A stretch of 64,000 nucleotides of DNA from an uncultured Candidatus Saccharibacteria bacterium (GCA_964481345.1 CAYZTC010000001.1:142188-206187); one strand, 5' to 3'. Counted from the stretch's first letter, positions 19,225 to 29,207 are shown. Notes: generated from the letters alone by a model not told the origin. Program-made: numbers and translations.

Positions 19225-20540
19225 TGAAAATTAATAAGGTAGCCTCTAAATTTACATATCTTTTACCTGCCCTAATAATATTCTTTGGCCAGTTTAATCT
19301 GGCGTATCATTTTCTTTCAACATACGCATATGTCGATGGCTGTTATGTGAATTATTACGAATTTGTTGTTCATATAGTAGACCTCTGTTTTTTAGGGAGT
19401 TTATTGTGGTATGTTTTTTACATTAAACTTTGGAAAAACAAAAACTGGATTATCCTTTCAACATTTTCTTTTTTTCTGTGGATTGTGCATAACCTGATTT
19501 TCCTTGATCCGATAGTCTTTTATTGGTCAGCAAGGTTGTTTTTGTACTTTCTCAGCGCTTTCTCCATTCATTATTCACTTTCGAGTCTGGGGAAAAAGCA
19601 AAAAGCAATAACTGGTAGATATATTGTTTTAGGCCTTGCAGTATCTTCCATATTTCAATCGGTAGTTGTTCTACTTCAGTTTTTCAGAAATCGCACAGTA
19701 GGCTTGCATTTTTTGGGAGAGTCGTTTGTTCAGTCTGGTATAAGTGGAACCAGTGCAGTTGTCCTTTCTGCTGGGACATTTTTAAGGGGATATGGGACAT
19801 TTCCACATCCAAATATTGTTGGTGGGTTTCTTTCTGTATGCTTGATATTTTATTTGTCCTATTTACTTTTTCAAAAAGAGAAAACGAGGTTATGGATACT
19901 TATACCGTTGTTGACTACCGCTGCTGGTCTGATCGTTACTTGGTCTAGGAGTGCGTGGATTTTTTTTAGTGTTGGTTTTCTTATTCTACTTTACTTATTT
20001 TTTAGAAAGCAGAGGTCGAGTTTTGCAAGAAAAGGGCTAGGTGTTTTGCTTGTTATATTTGGTGCACTTCTTATTTGGTTTGCGGTTGGTAACGATCAGA
20101 TTTCTGTTGGATTGAGAAAAAGAATAATAAGGCAGAGTGCTAATTACGACGAGAGTGTCATTCAAAGAAGGCAGCTAAACCAAAAGGCTGTACAGATGTA
20201 TGAGGACAATATTTTGACAGGTGTGGGAGCTGGGAAATTTATTGAAAGGATAAGTGCAAGTCCAGTATATACAGGTGATGGCCTAAGGATAGTGCAGCCG
20301 GTTCACAATGTGTTTCTTCTTGCAGCTGCTGAGCTAGGGTTTATGGCACTTTGGATATTTTCTTATTTTCTGTATCACTCCATTAAAGGCTTAAGAAGAT
20401 CGTGTTATTTATTCTTTCCTCTTTTGTTTCTTCTTACGGTTGGAAATCTGGATCACTATCCTATTACTCTCCCGCAAGGCTTACTAATACTCATTATTCT
20501 TGATTGGCTGGTGGTACTTGGGGAAAGTATTGGCAGTTAA
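19224..20540 (+). CDS. O-antigen ligase family membrane protein
   Basis: RGYGTFPHPN, TWSRSAW, GVGAGKF, QPVHNVFL...AELG. Confidence 0.85.
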   Translation: MKINKVASKFTYLLPALIIFFGQFNLAYHFLSTYAYVDGCYVNYYEFVVHIVDLCFLGSLLWYVFYIKLWKNKNWIILSTFSFFLWIVHNLIFLDPIVFYWSARLFLYFLSAFSIHYSLSSLGKKQKAITGRYIVLGLAVSSIFQSVVVLLQFFRNRTVGLHFLGESFVQSGISGTSAVVLSAGTFLRGYGTFPHPNIVGGFLSVCLIFYLSYLLFQKEKTRLWILIPLLTTAAGLIVTWSRSAWIFFSVGFLILLYLFFRKQRSSFARKGLGVLLVIFGALLIWFAVGNDQISVGLRKRIIRQSANYDESVIQRRQLNQKAVQMYEDNILTGVGAGKFIERISASPVYTGDGLRIVQPVHNVFLLAAAELGFMALWIFSYFLYHSIKGLRRSCYLFFPLLFLLTVGNLDHYPITLPQGLLILIILDWLVVLGESIGS

Positions 20541-20581
20541 GTATTTATAAAACTGGTAAATTCCTATAAAATTGTTTCATT

Positions 20582-22858
20582 GTGAAAGATTCAACTGTGG
20601 AAATTTCAAAAGCCTACGATCTTAAGGAAGAAATGGGAATATATAAGCTATGGGAGGATTCGGGTTTTTTTGATCCGGATAAGATGGAAAGTAAAAAAGA
20701 TCCATTTGTAATAACTCTCCCACCTCCTAACGCAAACGCAGGGCTTCACGTTGGAACCACTTGCGGATATTCATTTCAAGATGCGATGGGAAGATATCAT
20801 AGGATGAAGGGGCAGCCCACTCTCCTACTTCCAGGGAAAGATCATGCCGGTATTCAAACGGAGGCTGTGTTCGCAAAGGTGTTAAAAAAACAAGGTGTTG
20901 ATAAATGGGAAATTGGGAGAAAAGAGTTTTATAAGAGAGCTTATAAATTCTGTATGGATAATGCAGAACATGCAAGAAATCAGGAGAGAAGAATTGGACT
21001 TTCGGCAGATTGGTCGAGAGAGAAGTTCACGTTAGATCCAAAACTTTCGGGAGTTGTATTTGAGACTTTTTATAAAATGTTTGACGAAGGTCTGATATAT
21101 AGAGGTAGTTATATTATCAACCAGTGTACGAACTGTAGAACTGCTCTCGCTGATATTGATACAGATCATGTTATGAAAAAGGGAATTTTTGCATATATCA
21201 AATATCCGATTGCAGGGAGTAAAGATGAGTTTGTGACCGTTGCTACAACTAGACCTGAGACTATGCTTGGAGATACAGCTGTTGCTGTGAATCCAAGAGA
21301 CAAAAAGAACAAGAAGTATGTGGGGAAAATGTTGGTGCTTCCCCTTACAGACAGACAAATACCTGTGGTTTCTGATGACAGCATAGATATGGATCTTGGT
21401 GCCGGTGCATTGAAGGTTACCCCAGCCCACTCTTCCATCGATTATAAACTTGGTATAAAACATGGACTTGAAATTCTCAATGTAATAAATGAGGAAGGTA
21501 AAATGAATGAAAATGCCCCGAAGAAGTATGTTGGAATGACGGTAAATGAGTGTAGAGATGAAGTGTTAAAAGACCTGAAAGATCAGGGATATCTTGAGAA
21601 AGTTGAGGATATTCAACATGAGGTGATTGTGTGTGAACGGTGTCAGAATGATATTGAACAGATAATGTCCAAGCAGTGGTTTGTAAATGTTGATCCGCTT
21701 GCAAAGGAATGTTTGAAGGCATTAGACGAAGGTGGAACCAAGGTTATTCCAACATTTCAGGAAAAAGTATTAAGGAATTGGTTTGAGAATATTGAGCCTT
21801 GGTGTATTTCTCGACAATTGTGGTGGGGACATAGGGTTCCAGTTTGGTATTGTGGGAGTAAAGAGCTTTATGACTGGTTGCTTGATAATCCAGAAAAATC
21901 TAAGGCTGGGTTTGAAAAGGAGACAGGAAAAAAGGCCGAGGGATGTGGGCATGTGATTACAGGGGAAGTAAAGCCAGAAAAATGTAATAAGTGTGGATGC
22001 ACAAAATTTGAGCAGGAGACTGATGTGTTTGATACATGGTTTTCTTCTGGACAGTGGCCATTCAGTACAATGGGTGGAATTGAGGGAGAAGATTTCAAGA
22101 GGTTTTACCCTACTGATGTCATGGAAACTATGCATGATATTCTCTTTTTCTGGGTGGCCAGGATGATGATGCTTGGAATGTATAGGACAGGGAAAACACC
22201 ATTTCATACGGTATATCTTCATGGGATGATACTTGCGCCAGATGGAAAGAAGATGTCAAAGTCAGCTGGCAACGGTATTGAGCCTGAGGAGGTATATGAT
22301 AAGTATGGTGGGGATGCTCTTAGACTGTGGTATTTTCTGGATACTATGCCGGCAAGGCCCTCTCCTATTCGGTATGAAAAGCTTCAGGGAAATAGGAATT
22401 TCGTAAACAAGATATGGAATGCCAGTAGGTTTGTAATGATGCAGCTAGAAGATTTGTCAGGTACAGATATGAAAGAACTGGACGGTTTAGTCGAGGAAAA
22501 TGTGAAGTCTTTATCTAAATCCAAAGATAAGTGGATATCACAAACAAATGATTTTGCAAAAAGCGTGACCGAATTTATTGAGAAGTACAGATTTAATCTG
22601 GCGGTAGAAAGCTCAAGGGAGTTTTTCTGGCACACATTCTGTGATGAATGGATTGAGGAAACAAAGAATCTCATCCAAAGGGAGCCGGATAAAAAATTGG
22701 AATATTTGTCTAGGCTTATTTCTGTGCTTGTGATACAAATGAAGGTACTCCATCCGTTTGCGCCTTTTGTAACAGAAAAAGTATGGCAAAGCTTGATTAA
22801 AATAGGATTACTTGACTGGGAGAGTGAGTTATTGATGGTATCAGATTGGCCGGTTTAG
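20582..22858 (+). CDS. valS: valine--tRNA ligase (no C-terminal coiled coil)
   Basis: PPPNA..LHVG, DHAGIQT, ATTRPETMLGD, WCISRQLWWGH, DTWFSS, KMSKS. Confidence 0.96.
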   Translation: MKDSTVEISKAYDLKEEMGIYKLWEDSGFFDPDKMESKKDPFVITLPPPNANAGLHVGTTCGYSFQDAMGRYHRMKGQPTLLLPGKDHAGIQTEAVFAKVLKKQGVDKWEIGRKEFYKRAYKFCMDNAEHARNQERRIGLSADWSREKFTLDPKLSGVVFETFYKMFDEGLIYRGSYIINQCTNCRTALADIDTDHVMKKGIFAYIKYPIAGSKDEFVTVATTRPETMLGDTAVAVNPRDKKNKKYVGKMLVLPLTDRQIPVVSDDSIDMDLGAGALKVTPAHSSIDYKLGIKHGLEILNVINEEGKMNENAPKKYVGMTVNECRDEVLKDLKDQGYLEKVEDIQHEVIVCERCQNDIEQIMSKQWFVNVDPLAKECLKALDEGGTKVIPTFQEKVLRNWFENIEPWCISRQLWWGHRVPVWYCGSKELYDWLLDNPEKSKAGFEKETGKKAEGCGHVITGEVKPEKCNKCGCTKFEQETDVFDTWFSSGQWPFSTMGGIEGEDFKRFYPTDVMETMHDILFFWVARMMMLGMYRTGKTPFHTVYLHGMILAPDGKKMSKSAGNGIEPEEVYDKYGGDALRLWYFLDTMPARPSPIRYEKLQGNRNFVNKIWNASRFVMMQLEDLSGTDMKELDGLVEENVKSLSKSKDKWISQTNDFAKSVTEFIEKYRFNLAVESSREFFWHTFCDEWIEETKNLIQREPDKKLEYLSRLISVLVIQMKVLHPFAPFVTEKVWQSLIKIGLLDWESELLMVSDWPV

Positions 22859-25207
22859 TTACAGCAAATTCTCCACTAGTTTTTTGAATTCTTTTAATTT
22901 CTCCTCAATTTTTTTCTTATCAATCTGGGAATTTCCTTGGAGTATTACAAGTATATCCTTTGTGTCGGTTGTAATTTTTGTTCTATCGCATTGTTTTACT
23001 GTAAGTCTGCATATTACACCTTTATCATCAATGTAACAGTATTCTCCTTTTTTAGCCGTCATTTTTTCATCATTTCCCATTTGAGTAAATTCTTGATCTT
23101 CTTTTAACATCACCAACTTTACATTTCCAACTATTTTTGACATATCGTGTGCGCCAAATGTAATTCCAGATTCGATTGAAAAGATGTTGTATAGGTCGAC
23201 AAATGTATTTATATTGGGGATATTTCCCTTCTCCAGAAGCAATTCAGTAAGTTTTTCACTTGCGGCCGGAAGGTTCTTTTCCTTTGAATACATGTCATGT
23301 TGCTCTCTGTATGCCTTATTTTCTGGAATGGCGGAAATGTCTTGTTTTTCATATTTTTTAATTAGTTCCTTTTGCTTTTCTTCCATCCATTTTTTTAAGG
23401 TTGAACTTTGTCTTTTGATGTTCAAGTTCTTAATTATTGTCCATGTGATTGGGATATCCTTTTTAAGATTTTCATTCTGAACTAGTTCAAAATTTGAATA
23501 GTCAACGGTTTTCACATTCTCTGTTACTGGGTCAATTTTATTAAAGAGTACTTCTGGCTTTTCTTTTATTTTGATATTCTTTAATTCTTCAAATTTCCAG
23601 CCTTCATCTTCATATTCAATGTTCAAAAGTCTGAATATTTTGTCGGATATTTCTGGCATGAATGGCCTCGATGTTATCGCCAAGGCCTTTATGATTTGAA
23701 TACAGTCATATATTGTCTGGCTGCACTTTTGTGGATCTGACTTGAGTGTGGCCCAAGGTTGATTCCTATCAAAATATTTATTTCCAAATTGGGCAAGTTC
23801 TATAAAGCTGTCAGTTGCTTTTGAAAACTCACATTTTTCGATAAGATCACCGACCCCTTTAATTGACTTGTCTATTGCGTTTTTGACCTCTGTGCTTATG
23901 GTCAGTTTTTCTTCGATTATTCCATCGAGTTTTGAAAATACAAAGTAGAGATTTCTATTTATAAAGTTCCCGAAAGTTGCGACAAGTTCATTATTATTTA
24001 GATCTACGATATCCTTATACGTGAACTTTCGATCGTGGTTTTCAGGTGCATATTTGCAGAAGAAATATCTCACTAAATCTGTACCGTACTGATCTAACAG
24101 TAAATCTGCTTCAAGTAATGTGCCTTTGCTTTTTGAAATTTTTGTTCCTCTTTCAGTAAGAAACTGGTTTGCAGGTATATTGTATGGAAGATTTAGTGGT
24201 TCGGCTCTTGTTTCTCCAGGCAAACTTGGCTCATATTTTCCATTTTTATATTTCTTGTTGTATGCAATTATTATTGCTGGCCATAGTATTGTATGAAACG
24301 GAATATTGTCTTTGGCGATGAAGTAGAAATGCTTTGCCTTAGGGTTTTTCCAAAAGTGTTCCCATTTACTTGGATCTTTGCTTTTACTTGCCCACTCGAT
24401 GGATGCGCTTAGATATCCCATTACTGCCTCAAACCATACGTATATGTCTTGGTCTTTGTATTTTTCGATTGGGATATCAACTCCGTACCCTATTTTTCTT
24501 GACACGGCCCTTTCTCTTAGTCCCTCTTTTAACCATGATTGAGCAAATCCTATTACCCTTTCTCTCCAAACATTTTTACTGTTTTTAACTAATTCTCTTA
24601 TCTGTTTATCAAACCTGGGTAGATCAAAAAATAACACTGTATGTTTTTTCAGTATAGGTTTTTCTCCCGTAAGTTTACTTTTGGGGTTTTTTAGATCTGA
24701 AGGATCAAGAGTTCTTTCACAGCCATCATTGCACTGATCGCCTCTTGCTTTTGTGTTGCCACAATATGGGCATGTGCCCTCGATATATCTGTCTGCTAGA
24801 AACTGTTTTGCTTTTGGATCGTAGTACTGTTCGACTTCTTTTGGGTATATGTCTTTGTTTTCGTACATTACTTTAAATAGGTTTTGTGCGATCTCTTTGT
24901 GGTTTTGTGATTCTGTAGTAGTAAAGATGTCCCATTGAGTATTTAGTTTTTTAAATGTTTCTAGAAAGGATTTACTGTACTTTTCTGCAAGTTTATCTGG
25001 CGGCAGTCCTTCTTTTTGGGCTTTTACTGTAACAGGAGTTCCGTGTGCATCAGCACCGGAGACCAAAAGTACGTCATTACCTTTTTGTCTGTGGTATCTT
25101 GCAAAGACATCGCATACCACATTTTGTCCTGCGAGATGACCAATATGTAACTTTGAGTTAGCATATGGCCAGGAAACACCTATAAATATTGTTTCTTTGA
25201 TTTTTAT
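22859..25207 (-). CDS. metG: methionine--tRNA ligase fused to a C-terminal B3/4 domain; non-canonical start
   Basis: Frame extends 29 codons upstream of the track start (IKIKETIFIGVSWPYANSKLHIGH); Zn knuckle CPYC, YVWFEA, KDNIPFH, KISKS. Confidence 0.92.
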   Translation of the reverse strand: MKIKETIFIGVSWPYANSKLHIGHLAGQNVVCDVFARYHRQKGNDVLLVSGADAHGTPVTVKAQKEGLPPDKLAEKYSKSFLETFKKLNTQWDIFTTTESQNHKEIAQNLFKVMYENKDIYPKEVEQYYDPKAKQFLADRYIEGTCPYCGNTKARGDQCNDGCERTLDPSDLKNPKSKLTGEKPILKKHTVLFFDLPRFDKQIRELVKNSKNVWRERVIGFAQSWLKEGLRERAVSRKIGYGVDIPIEKYKDQDIYVWFEAVMGYLSASIEWASKSKDPSKWEHFWKNPKAKHFYFIAKDNIPFHTILWPAIIIAYNKKYKNGKYEPSLPGETRAEPLNLPYNIPANQFLTERGTKISKSKGTLLEADLLLDQYGTDLVRYFFCKYAPENHDRKFTYKDIVDLNNNELVATFGNFINRNLYFVFSKLDGIIEEKLTISTEVKNAIDKSIKGVGDLIEKCEFSKATDSFIELAQFGNKYFDRNQPWATLKSDPQKCSQTIYDCIQIIKALAITSRPFMPEISDKIFRLLNIEYEDEGWKFEELKNIKIKEKPEVLFNKIDPVTENVKTVDYSNFELVQNENLKKDIPITWTIIKNLNIKRQSSTLKKWMEEKQKELIKKYEKQDISAIPENKAYREQHDMYSKEKNLPAASEKLTELLLEKGNIPNINTFVDLYNIFSIESGITFGAHDMSKIVGNVKLVMLKEDQEFTQMGNDEKMTAKKGEYCYIDDKGVICRLTVKQCDRTKITTDTKDILVILQGNSQIDKKKIEEKLKEFKKLVENLL

Positions 25208-25284
25208 GGTAGTAAAAATTTGATTGTTACAATAGGATTATACAAAGATTGCCATTTTTTAACAATAAAATCTATAATATCTTC

Positions 25285-25725
25285 ATGTCCATAGAACTAT
25301 TTCAACAGTATTGCAAACAAAATAAAATAGAGGTTGATGTTCTTAATGAGGGGTCTACAACTCATACAGCGAGGGACTCGGCGAAAACTCACGGTATTGA
25401 CTTGAACAGGATTGTTAAATCATTATTGATCAAAATTGGAGGTGAGTTTTGTGTTTTTCTTGTGCCAGGTAACAAAAGGTTAGACTTTAAATATCTTGAG
25501 GAACGTTTTGGTACGGAGGATATTAGAATGGCAACTGCAGACGAGGTGAAGGAGATGACCGGTTATTCTATCGGAGGTGTTCCACCTTTTGGGCATAAGA
25601 AAAAGTTGAAAACGCATATTGAAGATGGTTTTCCAGCCAGTAAGCAACTGTTAGCAGCAGCTGGAAGAGAAGATTCTGTGTTTTGGGTAGGTTTGGATAA
25701 GTTGAAAGAGATTGCCGCTGGCTAG
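25285..25725 (+). CDS. YbaK/EbsC aminoacyl-tRNA deacylase family protein
   Basis: IVKSL, TGYSIGGVPPFGH, AAG. Confidence 0.9.
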   Translation: MSIELFQQYCKQNKIEVDVLNEGSTTHTARDSAKTHGIDLNRIVKSLLIKIGGEFCVFLVPGNKRLDFKYLEERFGTEDIRMATADEVKEMTGYSIGGVPPFGHKKKLKTHIEDGFPASKQLLAAAGREDSVFWVGLDKLKEIAAG

Positions 25726-25755
25726 ACTCATAGTGTGTTTTCGTGAGATAATTCC
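25716..25755 (+). repeat. 40-nt exact direct repeat, copy 1 (putative promoter TAGACT-18-GATAAT)
   Basis: CGCTGGCTAGACTCATAGTGTGTTTTCGTGAGATAATTCC identical at 27021-27060. Confidence 0.95.
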
Positions 25756-25783
25756 ATACGTTTAATGTTTTTGGCTGGATATT

Positions 25784-26785
25784 ATGTCTCCGCAAGAAGA
25801 ATTAGATGATTATATTGCTGGCAGTGAGGATCGTGATCCATTACTAACCTTTCTGCCCCTGGGACTACCTGATATGTTCGGGCAAGAAATCATCGCTAGT
25901 CCCGATAATAAGAAATTTGAGATTATTATTCACAATGATCCTGGAGGCCACAGACCAATTGATATTTTCGAAAAGGTTGTCGGTTTCACATATGAAGTGT
26001 TGATTAATGCAAAGCGAGTTAGTGTGTGTGGGTCCTCTTTCTGCAAAGAAGACGGTAAGGAAAATATTGGAAAGATAGATAAGTTTAACGAAGACCTTGT
26101 TCTTTTCCTCCAAAAAGGGGTAATGTCGAAGTTTTTATATGATGCATTTCCCGATAATGGACTCAGAAGATCCTTTTTGGGTCGTATTATTCTTGGAGCA
26201 CCGCGGGAAATATCTATTGACTGGTATGAAAATTCACAGGAAGAGGCAGAAAAAAGAAAAAGGGAAGAAGAAGCTTTTGGATCGTTAGTAGAAATGGATC
26301 CATTAGTCGTTATGAGAATGGTGGGGGATTTCTGCTCTGAGATACCTTTAAGATATAAACAAATAATACGGAAGGAAGGGAAGAATACAGCAAATGGATC
26401 TGGACGTGTTTCTATTGCAATAACCAAGAAGGAATTTACGCTCATAAAGTATTTTGCACATAAGTTCGAACAATTCAGCCGTTTGGATGGCGTTGGTAAA
26501 CATCGCTCATTTAAGCCAGGAGGTAAATATCGTTCAAAAAAGCCAAGAGGAAGAAGAGGGAGGGAAATTATGGACCTAGAACAAAACGAGATAAAAAACA
26601 TGCTCGAATCGAATAAAGAAGCTTTATCTCCAAGGGAGAGAATCATACTTGAGTTAAGGTTTGGTCTTCAGGGTAGAGAACCAAGAACTCTTGAGGAAGT
26701 GGGAGAAAAGTTTAACTTAACAAAACAAAGAATTAAACAAATTGAAGCAAAAGCATTAGAAAAGTTAGAAGACGCATCTACTTAA
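25784..26785 (+). CDS. orphan domain fused to sigma-70 region 4 HTH
   Basis: C-terminal [15 protein letters not shown]...RTLEEVG...[13 protein letters not shown]; no region 2 recognisable. Confidence 0.8.
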   Translation: MSPQEELDDYIAGSEDRDPLLTFLPLGLPDMFGQEIIASPDNKKFEIIIHNDPGGHRPIDIFEKVVGFTYEVLINAKRVSVCGSSFCKEDGKENIGKIDKFNEDLVLFLQKGVMSKFLYDAFPDNGLRRSFLGRIILGAPREISIDWYENSQEEAEKRKREEEAFGSLVEMDPLVVMRMVGDFCSEIPLRYKQIIRKEGKNTANGSGRVSIAITKKEFTLIKYFAHKFEQFSRLDGVGKHRSFKPGGKYRSKKPRGRRGREIMDLEQNEIKNMLESNKEALSPRERIILELRFGLQGREPRTLEEVGEKFNLTKQRIKQIEAKALEKLEDAST

Positions 26786-26918
26786 GAATTTAGCAATAGT
26801 TGAATATGTATAAACGTTGTGCAACGGCATATATTAATGATTTCCAACTTGAGGTGTTCGTAATTCCTATTTTTCCTTTTTTATAACAGCATAATTGGTA
26901 GGTGCTATCTTGAGAGAA

Positions 26919-27020
26919 TAAGAAAAGAAGAAAAGGTCAGTGAGATTTTTTGGGTTTTGTCCCCATATAGGTTTTTTAGCCAAACCACGAATTCCTTTAT
27001 CCCACTGACCATTTTGTTAT
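26919..27020 (-). terminator. long-hairpin element, copy 1
   Basis: GGTCAGTG (26935)...CACTGACC (27010) stem, U-rich tail on minus strand; near copy at 27805-27904. Confidence 0.7.
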
Positions 27021-27060
27021 CGCTGGCTAGACTCATAGTGTGTTTTCGTGAGATAATTCC
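27021..27060 (+). repeat. 40-nt exact direct repeat, copy 2
   Basis: Identical to 25716-25755. Confidence 0.95.
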
Positions 27061-27091
27061 CCTATCAACTAATTTCTGCATTTAATTAATA

Positions 27092-27781
27092 ATGAACTCC
27101 ATAAATGGAGGGACGAATGCTAGGAAACAAGGTTCAAGTCCTACTGAAAGAGGGGATGCAATTACTCCCATAGTCATTAATTTTTCGATGAAAGAAATTG
27201 AAAAGTGCATCAATAGTGCGGAGAAAAATCCATATGGTAGTTATTTAATAGATGTTTCTGGTGGCAATGATAGTGATGGATATGTAGACTCTTTTTGGGG
27301 TGCGGAGAACCATCTAAAAGTTTGTTTGGGGCAATATTTAGGCAGTAGAGAAAAGATCCAAAAATTGGCTGAAAGTTATGATGGTATTGAAATTTTTTAT
27401 AGGCATGTATCAGAATTTTTAGAAAATGGATTAATAAGTACTGGGTTCTACAAAAAGTTTGGAAGAGATTATTTGTTTTTGAAGTACTATGCCATGTATC
27501 TTATATTAAATAGAGATAGAGTCCTTATCCGTTACGGAGAGGAGAAGAAAAAGTCTCGGGCGCAAATCAGGCTATATGAATTGGAGAGAAAACATGGAAA
27601 CTTAGTAAATTTGGACAGCATTGACAAAATGCATCAATCTAAGGCTGCGATAGGGAGAGTCAGGCGGAAACTTCAAAGAGATCGTAAAATACAGATTAGT
27701 GCTTGTGATTACAAGGTTTTGAGTTTGTATATAGATTTGATAAAGCCATTTTTTCGTATGAGCCTTGACGACAAAGAGTAG
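27092..27781 (+). CDS. orphan protein, divergent paralog of the 25784-26785 N-terminal domain
   Basis: FLENGLISTGFY vs [12 protein letters not shown]; GNLVNLD vs GSLVEMD. Confidence 0.7.
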   Translation: MNSINGGTNARKQGSSPTERGDAITPIVINFSMKEIEKCINSAEKNPYGSYLIDVSGGNDSDGYVDSFWGAENHLKVCLGQYLGSREKIQKLAESYDGIEIFYRHVSEFLENGLISTGFYKKFGRDYLFLKYYAMYLILNRDRVLIRYGEEKKKSRAQIRLYELERKHGNLVNLDSIDKMHQSKAAIGRVRRKLQRDRKIQISACDYKVLSLYIDLIKPFFRMSLDDKE

Positions 27782-27804
27782 TGTTGTCGTTTTATTGAAA
27801 ACAT

Positions 27805-27904
27805 TAAGAAAAGAAGAAAAGGTCAGTGAGATTTTTGGGTTTGGTTCCCGTACGGGCTTGCTAACCAAACCACAAATCCCTTTATCCCACCGACCTTCTG
27901 TTAT
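27805..27904 (-). terminator. long-hairpin element, copy 2
   Basis: Minus strand GGUCGGUG...CACUGACC (G-U pairs only on minus), inner GGUUUGGUU/AACCAAACC and CCCG-UA-CGGG, then UUUUCUUCUUUU. Confidence 0.7.
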
Positions 27905-27928
27905 CGCTAGCTAGAAACTATGGATCAC

Positions 27929-28042
27929 TTACTTTCGGTGATCATTTTTCTCTCCCACACCACGTGTAGGTCTCGTTCGCGTCTTCTTTCTCTCCTCTTT
28001 TTTGTGATCAGAGTTACGCTGTTTAGTTCCTTTTTTGCACAT
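27929..28042 (-). CDS. small basic protein, 37 aa (not in ORF track)
   Basis: MCKKGTKQRNSDHKKEERKKTRTRPTRGVGEKNDHRK; AAAGGAG 5 nt before ATG; TTGACA at 28138-28133; terminator follows. Confidence 0.55.
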   Translation of the reverse strand: MCKKGTKQRNSDHKKEERKKTRTRPTRGVGEKNDHRK

Positions 28043-28181
28043 ATATACTCCTTTGCAATTTGTGCCCTCCGACCGGGGGTTTTACAATGAGCTAGCGACA
28101 TGAGCTATAGGATATACTCTTATACCCCATTCTGTCAATATTCTGTTGTTCATAAAATATTTCTGGTAATATTTCTATTGA

Positions 28182-29207
28182 ATGGGAATACCTCTGAAAA
28201 TCGCAAAAATTGTAGGAAAAGTTCTACTTGGGTTTTTAGGTTTGATAGTGATCTTCTGGATTGTTTTATCAATACTGTCCCCTTTTGGAATTCCAGAAGG
28301 GAATAGTGTTGACTATATGAAAGGGGTATGGATGCCTGATCCGCGAGAGCATTTTTCTGCCTATTTCAATATGGAACGTTTGAGGGAAGATGGAGTGAAC
28401 ACAATTTCCCTTGGTCCCCTTGCCTACAATAAATTACTAGCGACTATTCACAGACCGTTCATTTCAGCGATAGTAAAAAAAGCACATAAAAATGGTATGG
28501 CGGTTCATATTGCCCCAAATAGCTGGGGTCCAGGATTTAGTCATGAAGATCCACACATTGAAATGGAAGATTTGCTTACAGAACAAGCTATTTACTGGGC
28601 AGAATTTGCTGAACAGTACAATGTGGAATATTTTTCTCCTCAGAATGAACATGATGTTGTACTTGGATGTGGGTTTGGTGCAAAGTGGGCCCAGGATATT
28701 TTGGATGATATTCGAGAGGTATATTCAGGTGAGATAATACTTAAAATTGGATCGGTATACTGTGAAGCTGATCCAGATTATCAAATAGAAATAAAGTCTT
28801 TAGGAGATGAAAATAGCTTCTGGCCAGGCAAATTTTCGGATGCTACGGGATACGACTATTTCATGATAGATATATTGCCATTTAGTGATGATGTGGATAG
28901 GGATTTGTTTTTGGAAGATCTTGAAAATATATTGGGGTATGCAAGACAGGAGGTTGAAAGGAAAGAATTGAAGGGGTTTATGATAGGTGAATTTGGATAT
29001 CTGACCGAAAAGCCTGCGATGGTTGCAAGTATTATGCCTGGACCAGAATTAACAGAAGAGGAACAGGCTCAAGGAATTGAGGACTATTTGGAGGTTGCAA
29101 TGCCAATGGTTGATGGAATAGTATATTGCGGCTGGACTCTAGATGGATATGGATTTAAGGACAAACTTGCCGAAGATGTAATAAAAGAAAAATTTAGTTC
29201 ATACTGA
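28182..29207 (+). CDS. membrane-anchored clan GH-A TIM-barrel glycoside hydrolase (GH113-like)
   Basis: N-terminal TM; YFSPQNEH (acid/base), FMIGEFGY (nucleophile). Confidence 0.65.
   Translation: MGIPLKIAKIVGKVLLGFLGLIVIFWIVLSILSPFGIPEGNSVDYMKGVWMPDPREHFSAYFNMERLREDGVNTISLGPLAYNKLLATIHRPFISAIVKKAHKNGMAVHIAPNSWGPGFSHEDPHIEMEDLLTEQAIYWAEFAEQYNVEYFSPQNEHDVVLGCGFGAKWAQDILDDIREVYSGEIILKIGSVYCEADPDYQIEIKSLGDENSFWPGKFSDATGYDYFMIDILPFSDDVDRDLFLEDLENILGYARQEVERKELKGFMIGEFGYLTEKPAMVASIMPGPELTEEEQAQGIEDYLEVAMPMVDGIVYCGWTLDGYGFKDKLAEDVIKEKFSSY

Noticed and set aside
20582-22858. valS as a truncated pseudogene
   Set aside because: All catalytic and editing motifs are intact; only the C-terminal coiled coil is absent
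25930-26646. 238-aa minus ORF and other long antisense ORFs (52542-53078, 21770-22222)
   Set aside because: Antisense shadows of well-supported genes, with no motifs or initiation signals
26919-27914. Long hairpins as integron attC sites
   Set aside because: No clear RYYYAAC/GTTRRRY ends and no integron integrase; G-U pairing and the U-tract fit a minus-strand RNA terminator better
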